From Guillardia theta CCMP2712 (taxonomy: Eukaryota > Protista > Cryptophyta), in NCBI RefSeq assembly GCF_000315625.1, contig NW_005434522.1, positions 32,703 through 96,702 on the forward strand: a DNA stretch of 64,000 nt, read 5' to 3'. This document shows positions 22,981 to 38,300 of this stretch, piece by piece (positions within the stretch are counted from its first letter, which is position 1; each line of letters begins with the position of its first letter). The position numbers and the translations under genes were made by a program. Below the pieces are notes generated by a model. It had not been told where the DNA came from. It saw only the letters and a program-made list of their open reading frames with translations, and ran no database searches.

Positions 22981-24804
22981 TCAAAACTTTGGCAACTTAA
23001 TGCCGTTGGAGCAAGCGTGCTTCATGTACTCTTGCTGCAGCCTCTTGGTGACAGGCCCGACTGCCGTCTTGATGGCCCTGCCGTCAATCTCCGAGACAGG
23101 CAGGACGCCGCTCATCGTCCCCGTCGTGAACGCTTCATCGCACGTGTACACCTCTGCCAAGGAGATGTTCCTCTCCTCTACTTCCATCCCCAGCTGCCTC
23201 GCCACCTTGATCACGCTGCCGCGAGTGATGCCGGGCAGGCAGCTGTCAGGTCGGGGGGTGAGGACGACTTGGTCTCGCACGATGAAGAAGTTTGTCGCGT
23301 TGGTCTCCGACACGAACCCCTGGCTATCGAGCATGAGCGCGTCGTCAACGTCAGCATTGTTGGCCTGGATCTTGGCGAGGATGTTGTTGAGGAGGTTGTT
23401 GTGGTGGATCTTGCTGTCAAGGAACGCCGGTGAGTTTCGCCGGATGCTGGAGCTGATGAGCCGCTGCGGCCTGATGCCTGACACCTTCTTGCCGGACGAG
23501 TCCATGAAGGGCTTCCATTCCGCAAGCACGATGAGGCACGAGTCCGCCTGGTTGTTCTTGGGGCTCATACCGGACGTCACCTTCTCCCCCCTGGTGAGCG
23601 TGAGCCGGATGTGCGTGTCGCTGCGCATGCCGTTGGCCTGGAGGGTCTCAAAGACCGCGCGCTTGATCTCTTCCTTCTCCGGCACGTGCTCAAACAGCAG
23701 AGCATGCGCGGAGTCCTGCAGCCGCTGTATGTGCTCGTCGAAGTCGAGGATGACGGACTTGTAAACCCGCAGCCCCTCCCACACCGCATCTCCTCCCTGC
23801 ACCGAACTGTCGAAGACGCTGACCTTCGCCTCCTCCCGGGGCTTCAGAACTCCCCCGACGTGGACCAAGATGTCTCTGTTGCGCTCGTCCGGTAGGATGG
23901 GCGAGGGCTTGAGCTGCAGGCGGGCCAGCTGATCGTACTCGGGGATGGCGCGTTCGGCCTCGACCTTGAGCTTCAGGGAGAGCTGGGAGATGTCCATGTG
24001 CTTGTGAGTCTTCATGACAGGATGGAAGCTCGTGGATGCGTGCGTGTTGTGGTACCAGTACCTCCCCCACAGTCCATCCTCAGGCCTCCCGCCCTTGGGC
24101 CAGGACAACATTCGGGGATCGAAATCGATCTCAAGCGCCGAGCACAACGCACGAAGGGTTCCCTCGGGGCGGTTGATGAGGTTGTCGTTGGATATGATGA
24201 TCGGCTTGATGTTTCGCTCCTGCAGGCGGCGAACAAGAAGCAGCTGCTCGCTGAGCCCCATGTCATCGTACGAGGTGTTGGCCTCCTGCAAAGTAGCGCT
24301 CCAAGAGGCGAGGACCTGGACGGGGTGCCGGATGAGGATCACGTTCTTGGTCTCGAAGATGAAGTCCTCATCGATCTTGGCAAAATGCTTCGCCATGTGC
24401 TTAAGGAAGAGAACGCGCTTGCCCTCCAATGGCCCCATCACGATCCTCCTCACCACTTCGTTGCCATCATTGATCTGTGCGGCCAGCACCTCCTCCCTGT
24501 AAGGCCTGAAGGCATCTGGGCGGATGTTTCGGAGGTAATGAGCATAGAGAGGCTCGTCCACCACCTGGGTGTCGCTCCGCTGAGCGAAGGAGTACATCAA
24601 GCTCGTCGAGGCGCATCGCGGCGATGACCACAAGTTTACCCTGACGAGATCCGAAACCCCCGAGACCTTGCTGGCCTTCTTCCTGCCCCTCCTCACTTGT
24701 TTCACAGCCTTTTCTCCTGCCCCTTCTGCTCCTTCTGCTCCTCCTGCTCCTCCGCTGAGCCATCGGCGAAGCGATCCCCGCCACCACACCCTGCCTCTCC
24801 ACAT
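22981..24804 (-). CDS. Sulfotransferase-like (P-loop) domain + class IV PLP aminotransferase fusion (BCAT-like protein), single exon
   Basis: 607-aa ORF. N-domain LWSSPRCASTSLMYSF...DEPLYAHYL...KHMAKH...DPRMLSWPKGGRPEDGLW..YWY; C-domain VSVFDSSVQGGDAVWEGLRVY, DSKIHHNNLLNNI (PLP Lys), ETNATN, LPGITR, FTTGT. Arg/Trp-rich N-terminus resembles a mitochondrial presequence. Confidence 0.92.
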   Translation of the reverse strand: MWRGRVWWRGSLRRWLSGGAGGAEGAEGAGEKAVKQVRRGRKKASKVSGVSDLVRVNLWSSPRCASTSLMYSFAQRSDTQVVDEPLYAHYLRNIRPDAFRPYREEVLAAQINDGNEVVRRIVMGPLEGKRVLFLKHMAKHFAKIDEDFIFETKNVILIRHPVQVLASWSATLQEANTSYDDMGLSEQLLLVRRLQERNIKPIIISNDNLINRPEGTLRALCSALEIDFDPRMLSWPKGGRPEDGLWGRYWYHNTHASTSFHPVMKTHKHMDISQLSLKLKVEAERAIPEYDQLARLQLKPSPILPDERNRDILVHVGGVLKPREEAKVSVFDSSVQGGDAVWEGLRVYKSVILDFDEHIQRLQDSAHALLFEHVPEKEEIKRAVFETLQANGMRSDTHIRLTLTRGEKVTSGMSPKNNQADSCLIVLAEWKPFMDSSGKKVSGIRPQRLISSSIRRNSPAFLDSKIHHNNLLNNILAKIQANNADVDDALMLDSQGFVSETNATNFFIVRDQVVLTPRPDSCLPGITRGSVIKVARQLGMEVEERNISLAEVYTCDEAFTTGTMSGVLPVSEIDGRAIKTAVGPVTKRLQQEYMKHACSNGIKLPKF

Positions 24805-25192
24805 TGAGCGCTGGGATTCGACCCTCGTCCCCGCTCGTACCAGGTACGTTCCGACTCATGGGACCCCTCATCCCCTCTTCTGTCTTTCAGCCCGCATCCC
24901 CACGCAGTTCCTGTTTGTGTCCTGCCTGACGGGATTCATGGCCACGTAGGATGATGACGGGTAGCGATGTGGATGCGCGGATGAGGATCTGAAGAGAGGA
25001 GGAGCGAAGAAGGAGACAAGAGAAGAAGCAGACGAGAGGAGAGGAGACAAGAGGAGAGTAGAGGAGAGGGGAGAGGAGAGGTGAAAAGCTGAGGACTTTT
25101 GAATTTGAGCAGAGAGAAGCAGGAGGAGGAGTAAGACGTTCTCAACTTCCGACCTTGTTAATCCTGACTCACAAGCCTCCTTGTTCTTCGCT

Positions 25193-26468
25193 ATGTCTCT
25201 CGTCACCAAGGGAGCGACGATCCTCAAACTTCTCTTCCTCATCCTGGTCATTCTCCCTGCTCCCTCCAAATCCTTTTTGGTGTCGCCGCCTCCTGTTCGC
25301 CGCGGCTTTGCGATTAGCTCGTCATTGAGGGAGGGCGAACATGCGAGGCTTCGAGACGAGAGTGCCGGGTTGCGGGAGGAGATCACGGGGGTCGAGTCCT
25401 TCGACAAGGCATGGGCTAAGGCCTGGAATGACAAGGAAAGGATTCGATGCCCATTCTGGAGACGACGAGCGGTCAGCCATATCGAGCATACTTTCGTATT
25501 CTTATCCTCGAGACTCAGGTGGATGCGCTCGAAGCCGCTCTCGTGGTCGGACGGTTCGTGCTTGCCAGGCACAAGTCTCTGAACCTCTCGCCTGCTGCTG
25601 AGACAGGGGAGAAGAAGCCAATGAGCAGGTGATGCTTCGAGCCGCTCTGAGCTGCTCTCTGATATGGTCGAGGCAGCGCTGCGGAGGCTCTTGAAGTGAT
25701 TCGAAACGACTTCCTTGAGAGAAGGTATTACGTGACGGGACGTCTGAGCAAGGCCATCTACTCCAACGACTGCTTCTTCGACGCTCCTGACCCTGACATG
25801 CCGGTGAGGCGGAAGTGTGCCCCTTGCTCTCTCCGTTGAGCACTCGATCGCAGGTGAGAGGTCTGAGGAAGTACGTCGATGCGACTTCGCATCTCTTTGA
25901 GCCCAAGTCTTCCTCCATCGACCTCTTGTCCATCGAGACCGTCGACGACTCTGCGGTCCTCGCGAGGTGACGCTGATGCTGTTGGAGCTCACCAGAGGCC
26001 GACTGACTGCTGATGGTGCAGGTGGCGGCTAGAAGCGACTCTGATGCTGCCCTGGAGGCCATCGGTCAAGGCATACACGGGGGTGACGCTCTACGAGCTG
26101 AACGAGGAGGTGAAGCGATCTTCCTGTCCTGTGGCTTCCTGACCTCCGCCTCCTCATCGATCAGGGCCTGGTCTCTCGTCATACTGAGCTGTGGTCGATC
26201 ACGGCAGCAGACGCCTTCATCTCCACCTTGTTTCCCAACTGGTATGAAGAGCAACAGCATACTCGCTGTTGGTAACTCTTGCTCAGGCCAGGAGCCGCTC
26301 GTGGTGCACCCCCCGCTGAGGTGAGGAGTTGTGAGAGTGGGACGAGGATGGCTAAAGTTCTCTCAGGAGCTGATGAAACTTGATCCTGCCCAACGTTCTC
26401 CTGATCCTTCTCCCCTCCTGCAGTCGAGGGCAACCAGCTCAGCTCGACTCCTTTCAGTCGTCGACTGA
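25193..26468 (+). CDS. DUF2358 / SnoaL-NTF2-like protein with bipartite (signal + transit) plastid-targeting peptide
   Basis: Signal peptide ending ...PAPSKS-F followed by a Ser/Arg-rich transit-like stretch; spliced core CPFWRRRA..ARHKSL...YYVTGRLSKAIYSNDCFFDAPDPDMPVRGLRKY...RWRLEATLMLPWRP..YTGVTLYELNEEGLVSRHTELWSIT. Confidence 0.82.
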
Positions 26469-26623
26469 CATCCAACACCGCCCCCTTTGCTTGCCATGTT
26501 TTTTTGCTCACGAATTTTCGATTCTAGTAAGAGGAGATGGCGGAGTTGTTGCTCTGACATGAATAAATGAGATAAGATGTAGATTTTGACGTTGAAGTTA
26601 ACCATCAGGCTCTGTATTCTCCT

Positions 26624-28360
26624 TTACTTGCCATTGATCGATTCATGACTACGTGCCGAGGTCTCAGCTTTGATCGCTTTGAGCAATGCGTCACAGAACA
26701 TCGACATGCTCGCTGTCTTTCGTCTAAGGAACATCGAGTGAGCTAGGAACGGCAATTTCCGTAGAAAACGACCAGAAAATCCCTGTGCCTGTGCAAGCAA
26801 CGCACATCCGTTAGAAGTGAAAACATCATGCACTCCAAAAAGACAAGTACGAAGATCATCACCTGACTAGCGCAATGATACAATCTAATAGAGTTATCGG
26901 GACTGGCCGGTGAAGCAGCTTGTTGCGACGCGACGAGACTGACATCCTTCAGATCCTCCTGCGGGGATATAATTCCCACGCGCATCAATTCTAGAATACA
27001 AGAACGCAAAATCTGCCTCTCCTGTCACAGTCTGGGTGGAAGGAAACAAAAGAGACCTGATAGATTGCTGGCGTTGAAGGATGGCCGATGTACTGTTTGA
27101 TGTCTGCTCGATCTACAAAGGCGAGGTCTATTGCAGCTGTGATGTTGCTTGTTGTCATGACCATGCAGTTATGTCGCTCTTTCAGCTGCGGATCTCCAAG
27201 TCAGATCAGCTCACAGCAAACACAAGTGGGACCTTATCTATTTGCGTTAGTAAGGCATTCACTACTCGAATAGCATCTGACGGCTCTTGCCCACTGAGCG
27301 CAGACTGTCTGGCTGCTGTCAAGCTTTCTACCTGCTAGTTAGTCAGAGAGGCTGATGGGAGACCACACGGGGTAGGACCTCGTCGATCAGAACACACACG
27401 AACGTCTGCAGCCATCAAGTGAAAACCGCGTCGTCTAGTCACGAGGTCCTTACCTCTTCATCGTCAAGGAACTCCCGGATCGTGTCAAACAGCTTGTTGA
27501 CGAGCTTTCCGCTCTCAGAGAACCACTTCGAGAAGAGGGAATGCGCGTTGACTTCCACCAGCTGCACTCGCTTCACTCTCCCTCCCTCCTCTCGCTTCAC
27601 TCTCCCTCCCTCCTCTCGCTTCACTCTCCCTCCCTTCTCCTCCCGCCTCTCCCTCCCTCCCTCTCTGCCCTCCTCTCACCTGCCCGCTCCGGTATCTTTC
27701 CGACATGCGGATGGAGAGCTTGTGAGCAAGAGCTTTGCAGAGAGAGGTCTTGCCCGTTCCCGGGGGCCCGTGGAGCAGAACGACGCGATTCCATGCGATG
27801 ATATTGGGGTCGACTTGACTGGCGCCAAGTCAGAGAGGATGATCACAACCGCAAGGTCTCACCGATCGGAGAAGAACATGGCTGTTTGCGCGTAGTCAAG
27901 CAGGTTTCTCTTGACGTCCATGTCATAGATCAGAGTCTCCCACAAGCCATCGAAGTCTTTGGAAGGCAGCATCCATATCTGACATGACGTGATGTCTCCG
28001 TCTGACTCGTCTGCTGCTCCTTCGGTGTCAAGCTGGACTATGTGCACGTGTAGCTCGGCCTGCCACACTGGGACGGTTCCACCAGGGACCTGCATGCACA
28101 TGGTCAGCGTCCTTTCGCGCGCATACTTCTCCCACCCTGTCGTCGAGATCCACATCACAGATCCGCAGAGCGGCGAGATTGGCAGAGAGGAAGGAATCTT
28201 CAATGATGGTGACGGCTCCGTTGGAGAAGGAGGCATGCCTGGTCGTCAAGAAGGACTCGATACGCTTCTTCAAGTCAGCAAGAGCCGTGGAGGCCTTGGG
28301 GAGCAGTACAGCTTCAACGTGCACTTGGATCTTGTCAGAGAACTCGCTGTCTAGCTCCAT
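26624..28360 (-). CDS. PCH2: Pachytene checkpoint protein 2 / TRIP13 AAA+ ATPase
   Basis: [34 protein letters not shown] (Walker A), [28 protein letters not shown] (Walker B), [46 protein letters not shown]. Confidence 0.95.
27567..27635. repeat. 24-bp tandem repeat (x3) in a PCH2 intron
   Basis: CTCGCTTCACTCTCCCTCCCTCCT units. Confidence 0.85.
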
Positions 28361-29003
28361 GATCTCTTGCCTGCAATCCAAGTGAAGTCAACACCTGACT
28401 GAATACATCACTAGTCTGATGCCGCGTTTGAGCCACCATGGCCGATACTCTATGGGCAAGTTGGAGGTTGGAAGCCCTGCCTGCCTGCCTGCCTGCCTCC
28501 CTCCCTCCCTCCCTCCCTCCCTCCCTCTTCTCTCTTCCATTTCGCCACGTTCGTTTCTGTCATTTCCCGCCAAATTCTTCGTGAACTCTACCTACCCCTA
28601 CGCGATTATCTCTTAACCCTACCCCACCTTTTACTGAAATATGCATTCATTGAACCGGTTGTACATATACCCCCACCCCCTGAATTGAATCTGAACAGAA
28701 AACTTGGAACGCGAAAACCAGAATGACAAATAGGACAAACAAGTTGCGGGGGAGAGGGGGGAGAGAGGAGGGAGGGAAGGGAGAGGGAAGGGAGAGGGAA
28801 TGGTTGAGCAGGGCGGTAACATTTTGCGCTTGAGGAACCATGAGCATGTGACATCCTTCTCTCCTCTGCTTTTCCTTGTTTATTCATCATCAATGACCAT
28901 TCCTCCTCCTTCGCCATCTTCACTGTCCTCATTCTCCTCCTCCTCAGCCGCCCAGCTCTCCTGCTTTCGAACTCGTCAAGGCAACAAAATCTACCCTCGA
29001 GCA

Positions 29004-30919
29004 TCACCGTCGCCGTCGCTTCAGTCTTGGGGGTGAAGGTTGTAGGTGCTGGAGGAGGAGCAGGAGCTAGTGCTGCCGTGCTCGTCAGCCAGTCGAGGTG
29101 GAGGTGAGGCAAGAGCGAAGAGGAGCATGAACGAGGAAGGGAAGTAGATAGTACGCATTGCGGGACAAGGAGAGGGAGCAAGAATGGTGAAAGGAGTACG
29201 AGGGGAGGATAAGAAGGAGCAGCAGGAGATTGAACAGGAGCATGGCTACTTCTCTCTGGATGTTCGATGGCTTTCTCGGCGAGCAGCTCAGCGAGTGCCT
29301 GTACCAAGGGAATCAGAGGAGCACAAGGTGCCTGCCCTCCCCTACCAAAGCATCGACAGTCCATGTGGCGGCCTGGTGGTTGTCCTCGTGCTGGTCACTG
29401 CGGGGAAGAATAAGACGGCCATGGGGGCTGGAAGGGCAGGGACCTGACGACCATGGAGAAGCACTTGTTGTTGGTCAAACACTGCTTCACGGCGTTGTTC
29501 AGCAGCGCGTCCGGTTGTTTGCTGTGCAGCAGTCAGCAGATTGAGCCCCAGTAAGGATCGAGCTTGCACCCGTAGAAGGGGAATTTCTTCTTGATGCTCT
29601 CGACTATCTCCACCATACTCGCCCTCCTGTCCTTGCTTGTCGCCAGCACCTGGAGGAGAGCTGAGCCTCCTCCGAAGCCCTCCCACCTCCATGCACCTGC
29701 CCGACGATGTGGTTGAAGGATTCGACAGGCTTTTCAGGACCCCCGTCACTGCAGCAGCACATCACTTCCGATGCCGACGAGCTTCTCACTCGACCTCCCC
29801 GTAGCGTTCGCAGGGCACAAGAAGTAGAAGAAGTGAGCTCCGGGAACCTGCCAAGGGCCGTTAGGACAGGACGAGGCAGCTGGCCCGCTCACGTAGATTC
29901 TTGTCTTGCCCTTCAACAACCGCCAGGGGGGAGAGTTCTGTGTATCAGAACTCAGAGAAACATCATGATCGCCTACCCCAGCAGACTCCCACCTGATCTA
30001 CAAAGGTTGAATCGATCCAGACGCCATTCTTGCCGTAGCAGAGCAAAACCCAGCTGCGCTTGCGGAAGTCAAACATGATCTGGCAAGAAAAAGATCAGCA
30101 GGAGCTTCTCGAGTCGTCTGCTGTCACTTCAATGTGCCTCTTCGATATGTTGGTATTCCATCCCAGCCCCACAAAGCTATCGCTGACTGTATCTGAACAA
30201 ATACAGTGAGCAGATACAGCGAGCAGATACAGCAGCTTCGATATCAAATGTTCCCGACGCATCATACACCACAACAACTCGATCATTACCCGAGTCATCC
30301 TGATTGCTTGCCTGCATCTCGCCAAGTTTGCGCTTGTTCGTGCCTTTCTGCACCATCCTGGAGGAGGAGGTGAGAGCTCGGGAGGGCGATGGCTTCTGCC
30401 GACCTGTTTCGACCTAGCACGACAGAGGACGTGACGATGAAGTGCTTTAGCCTTGGCCCCTCCAACTTGGCATATGCGTATGTCTAGCAGGACAGATCAG
30501 CACAGTCGCATCAGGCAGGGGGGCCAACGGGTTTTGCGGGGATGGGCGATGCTTTCAGTCGCGATCCGAGGTCGACAGCAGGATGGCTCGACACTTTCCT
30601 TGCTTCAAGTTTCTTGATAGCGAAAGATGAGAACCGGGTCCTCCTTGCCAGCAGGCGCTCACCTTCCTCAAATCGTTGGGCTGTTGTGAATTGATCTGTG
30701 ATGCATTGATCTGAAGCATGGCTTGCGGCTGATCATGCGGTCTCTTCAGCTACGATTGTGGCTGACGGTAATGAACTCACCGTCGGAAGGATTGGCGGCC
30801 TGTTGGGCATGCTGATGTTGGGAACATTGTTCATGTGTTGTGTTGGCAAGCTAGCAAAGATTCAGAACCAACAACTTCATCACATTTCTCCTTATGTTGT
30901 CCTTTGTCGACCTCTCCAT
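29004..30919 (-). CDS. FHA-domain + forkhead (winged-helix)-like transcription factor, Fkh1/Fkh2/Fhl1/FOXK architecture; termini approximate
   Basis: Spliced product: AYAKLEGPRLKHFIVTSSVVLGRN...GLGWNTNISKRHIEIMFDFRKRSWVLLCYGKNGVWIDSTFVDQNSPPWRLLKGKTRIYVPGAHFFYFLCP (FHA: GR, SxxH, NG), then KPVESFNHIVGQVLATSKDRRASMVEIVESIKKKFPFYGKQPDALLNNAVKQCLTNNKCFSMVHEDNHQAATWTVD (forkhead pattern). Core introns are GT-AG with consistent phase. Confidence 0.82.
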
Positions 30920-31638
30920 CCATCGATACATGCCCACCTCTCTCCAATGCTCACGCCACTGCCGCCGATCCCTTCTTACTGTCTTGAGTTTCTTTTCCTT
31001 CCATCCTCCACCCTCCATCCTTTCACGTTCTCTCCCCCTCTCTCCTCCCCCTCTCTCCTCCCCTTCCTAGCGGTCTACAACATTTTTCTACCCACATGCC
31101 TACCCTACCCCCTTCAACCTGCTTTGATCGTCCTCTACCACCCCTAATTTAGCACCCCACCCAGTAATTTCCAATCTATCACCCACTATTCATATGACCT
31201 CCTGGTCTAGATACACCACCATGGTACCCCCCCATCAGAGGTACCCCTCCATCTGTCCTTCTGTTCAATCCCAGCAGACATGGCGGGAGAGCTGGATGGA
31301 GGGAGGGGGTGCGGGAGAGGAGGAGAGGAGGAGGAGGAGCGGCACAACAAGCGAAGGAACAAGAGGCGATATAGAGCGTGCGCGAGTGATGGAGAGGGTT
31401 CGGATGTATATCCATGTTGAGGGATGGATGGGAAATGCAAGCTGACGAGGACGAGGACAAAGAGGACCCCGGCTGAGAGCGAGGGAGGCAGCGAGTGAGA
31501 GAGCATGGCAGGGTGAGAGTGAGCATGACTATGAGCGTGACTCTGGGGAAGATGATGTGTGAGGCTGGTTCTGCGAGAGGCTGAGTTTGTGCTCGTGCTG
31601 ACGAGTTTAAACCCCCTTCAGCTCGGGAATCATACAAC

Positions 31639-35271
<3,633 letters not shown>

Positions 35272-35327
35272 AGGAGGAGCGCTACAGCTTATTCGTCTTA
35301 TTACACTCGAGACACCACGAGCCTTTC

Positions 35328-38300
35328 TCAGTTCGCTACTGTATGCACAGGCTGACCACTGTGCATCGCATGCTCCTCCTTCTCGGCCTCTTCCTCCTTC
35401 TCGTTGAGCTGCTCGTCGATCACCGAGTCTTCCAGCTCCCCCGCCCACTTGCCCAAGGAGATCCAGTCGTAGGGGATGTAGTGGAACAAGAAGTTCATGG
35501 GGATCGACGAGAAGCCGAGGACCAGACACACGCCCCACTGCACGTCAAGTCAGCGCAAGTGCCCAGCATGGCCTTCCTTCCTACCTGCCAGCCCTCCAGC
35601 GCTGCGCAGCCGAACCCGAAGTTGATGGAGGGCACTTGAATGAGGATGACCTGTACCCCAAGAGTTCCGATGACGACAGCGAGGAACATATTGTTATAGA
35701 GAATGCCTGCAGCGCCATCACATACCTCTCTTCCTCCTCCTCCTCCTCCTCCTCCTCCTCCTCCTCCTCCTCCTCCTCTTCCTACCTTTGAACACGTTGA
35801 ATTCGTTGTGGATCTTGCGGCTATTTATTTCGTTGAAAACCTGCATGCCCGCAAGTCAGCGAGAAAGAGACTGAGCTGGGGGTCACCTGGAGCAGAACAA
35901 ACGTGTTGAAAACCATGGTCATGTGCTGGGTTTTGGTACCGCATCCTCCCTCCTCCTTGAGGCAGTAGCCCCTGTCTCTCAAGGGGATCAGCCCGGTGAA
36001 GGGGGGTGCTCCAGAGTCGTTGTAGTCGATAGGCAGCGAGGTCACGTTGATGAAGGAGCTGAGCCATAGTCACTGACAGGCAAGGGGGAGGAGGAGGAGG
36101 ATTAGGAGGGAGAGGGAGAGGAAGAGGAAGTGCAGGAGTGAGAGGAGGAGGAGGACGAGCAGCAGCAGCAGGAGACCTGTTATCGCTGACGCTGAAGAGA
36201 GGGATACAGTTATGGATGGAGGGGTTGATCGACGCGAGCCACTCGTTGTCAAAGGCTGGGGGTCTGCCGCTCCGCAAAGTGAAGAGAAGGTTGAGGTCGG
36301 GAGTTCCCGCGCACTGGTTGACGTCAGAGCCCATCTGGCAGATGTCCCCGACCCCGAAGATGAGCGCGAGGAGGATGAGGAGCTGCCAGATGGCGTGGGC
36401 GAACATGTTCTTGACCATGACCTTGGAAAGGATGGGAGCTGTGCGATGGTAGGGGAAGCGATTCAGCAGCTGCTCCTTGAGACCCGGCGACTTGTTCGGA
36501 TCTTCAGTGGCGAGGGCGAGGGAAGCGAAGGAGTCCATGATGAGGTTGACCCACAGCAGCTGGATGACCGAGATGGGACTCTCCGTCAGCGTCGCCGCCC
36601 CCACGGTCGCGAGGACGCAGGCGACGATGTTGACGGTGAGCTGGAACTGAAGGAACTTGCAGATGTTGTCGTACACGCACCTCCCCCACTTGACAGCTGC
36701 GACGATGGACTGAAAGTTGTCGTCGAGGATCACAATGTCAGCTGCTTGCTGTGCTACCTGAGTGCCGTTGATGAACATGGCAAAGCCGACGTCAGCCTGC
36801 TTCAGCGCCGGAGCATCGTTCGTCCCGTCCCCAGTGACGGCGACAACTTGCCTTGACTGCTTGTTCCCGTTGCCGGCATCGATCACAAGCCTGCTGCGTT
36901 GAATGCCTGTCACAAGGACAAGCTTGTCTGTTGGAGTTGATCGCGCGAGGACGCGAAGCTTCGGCCAGATCTTGTCGAACTCTATCTGGTTGATGAACTT
37001 CTCAGGATGGTCCGTGTTCTGTTCGAAGAGCACAGCTTGTCGGAACTGCTCTCCTGTCATCGCTATCTCTGTTCCTGACTCCTCGCCCTCCTTGGTCAGG
37101 ATGTTCGCCTTGCGAGAGATCGCCTTGGCTGTGCTCAAGTTGTCCCCCGTCACCATCCTGATCACGATCCCTGCGCTCCTGCATGTTGCGATGGCCGACG
37201 GAACTTCGTCGCGCAAGGGATCCTCGATGCCGAGCACGGCGATGAGCGTCAGGTCCTGCTCCACGTCGTCGGGCAGGCTCCCATCAGCAGTGACGGGAGT
37301 CTGAGGGAACTCCTTGTAGGCCACCGCGAGGGTTCGGAGCCCTTGCGAAGCGAAGTCGTCGATGGCGTTCATGATGTCCGACCGCGTGCTCTCGTCCAGG
37401 CTCTTCGTCTCGCTCCCTGACGCGAAGGTCGTGCACAGCCCCAGCACGATCTCCGACGCTCCCTTGCAGTACAAGCGAAACGGCTGCGGCGAACCCGCCG
37501 GCATGGGCACCAGCGTGCACATGCGCTTGCGCTTGGAGGAGAAGGTGATGCTGGAGCGGCCAGGCATGGACTCGGGGAACTCGGTCCTGTACTTCTTGTA
37601 GGGCATGTCTAGCGCTCCGACCTCCCCGCGGTAGTCGAAGAGGAAGTTCACCAACTTGAGGAGCGCACACTCAGTGGCGTTGCCACTGTATGCTACCACA
37701 GTCTTGCCGTCAAGCTTGACAACTTCCTGCACCTCCCTGCCGTCACTTCCTTTCTTCCTCGTCGTCTTCGCCACTAAGTCTGTCTTCTCCGACGTGTTGA
37801 TGGTCATGGCGGCGCAGAGAAGCTCCTTCAAGTCTGTGCTCAGCCCTCCCTTCATGTCCTCGGGCTTTCCGGGCTTCCCAGCGATCCAGCAGTCCATGAC
37901 GGTCATCATGCTCGTTGTGAGGGTGCCCGTCTTGTCGGAGCAGATGGTCGTGGCTGACCCCATGGTCTCGACGGCACTGCCGTGCTTCACCATGTTCTGA
38001 TCACTCATCATCTTCTTCACTGAGAAGGCGAGAGCGATCGTGACAGCAAGGGGAAGGCCTTCAGGTACGGCGACCACGAAGATGGTGATTCCCGTGATGA
38101 TGTAATGGATGATTTTCATCCAATCTCGGTTGTTGTCCCAAACCTCAGCACAGCACGACTTGGTTGCAAACATCACACCCAACTGATCAAAAGCACCAAC
38201 AGGATCCCAAGACCGAAGAATGCGCCAACCTTGGTGATCAGAATGGTCATCTCATCAAGTTTTCTCTGCATGATGCTGCGCTCAGACCTGGCAAAGACAG

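Noticed and set aside
22852-24627. Plus-strand ORFs over the BCAT-like gene
   Set aside because: Antisense to a clear 607-aa conserved protein.
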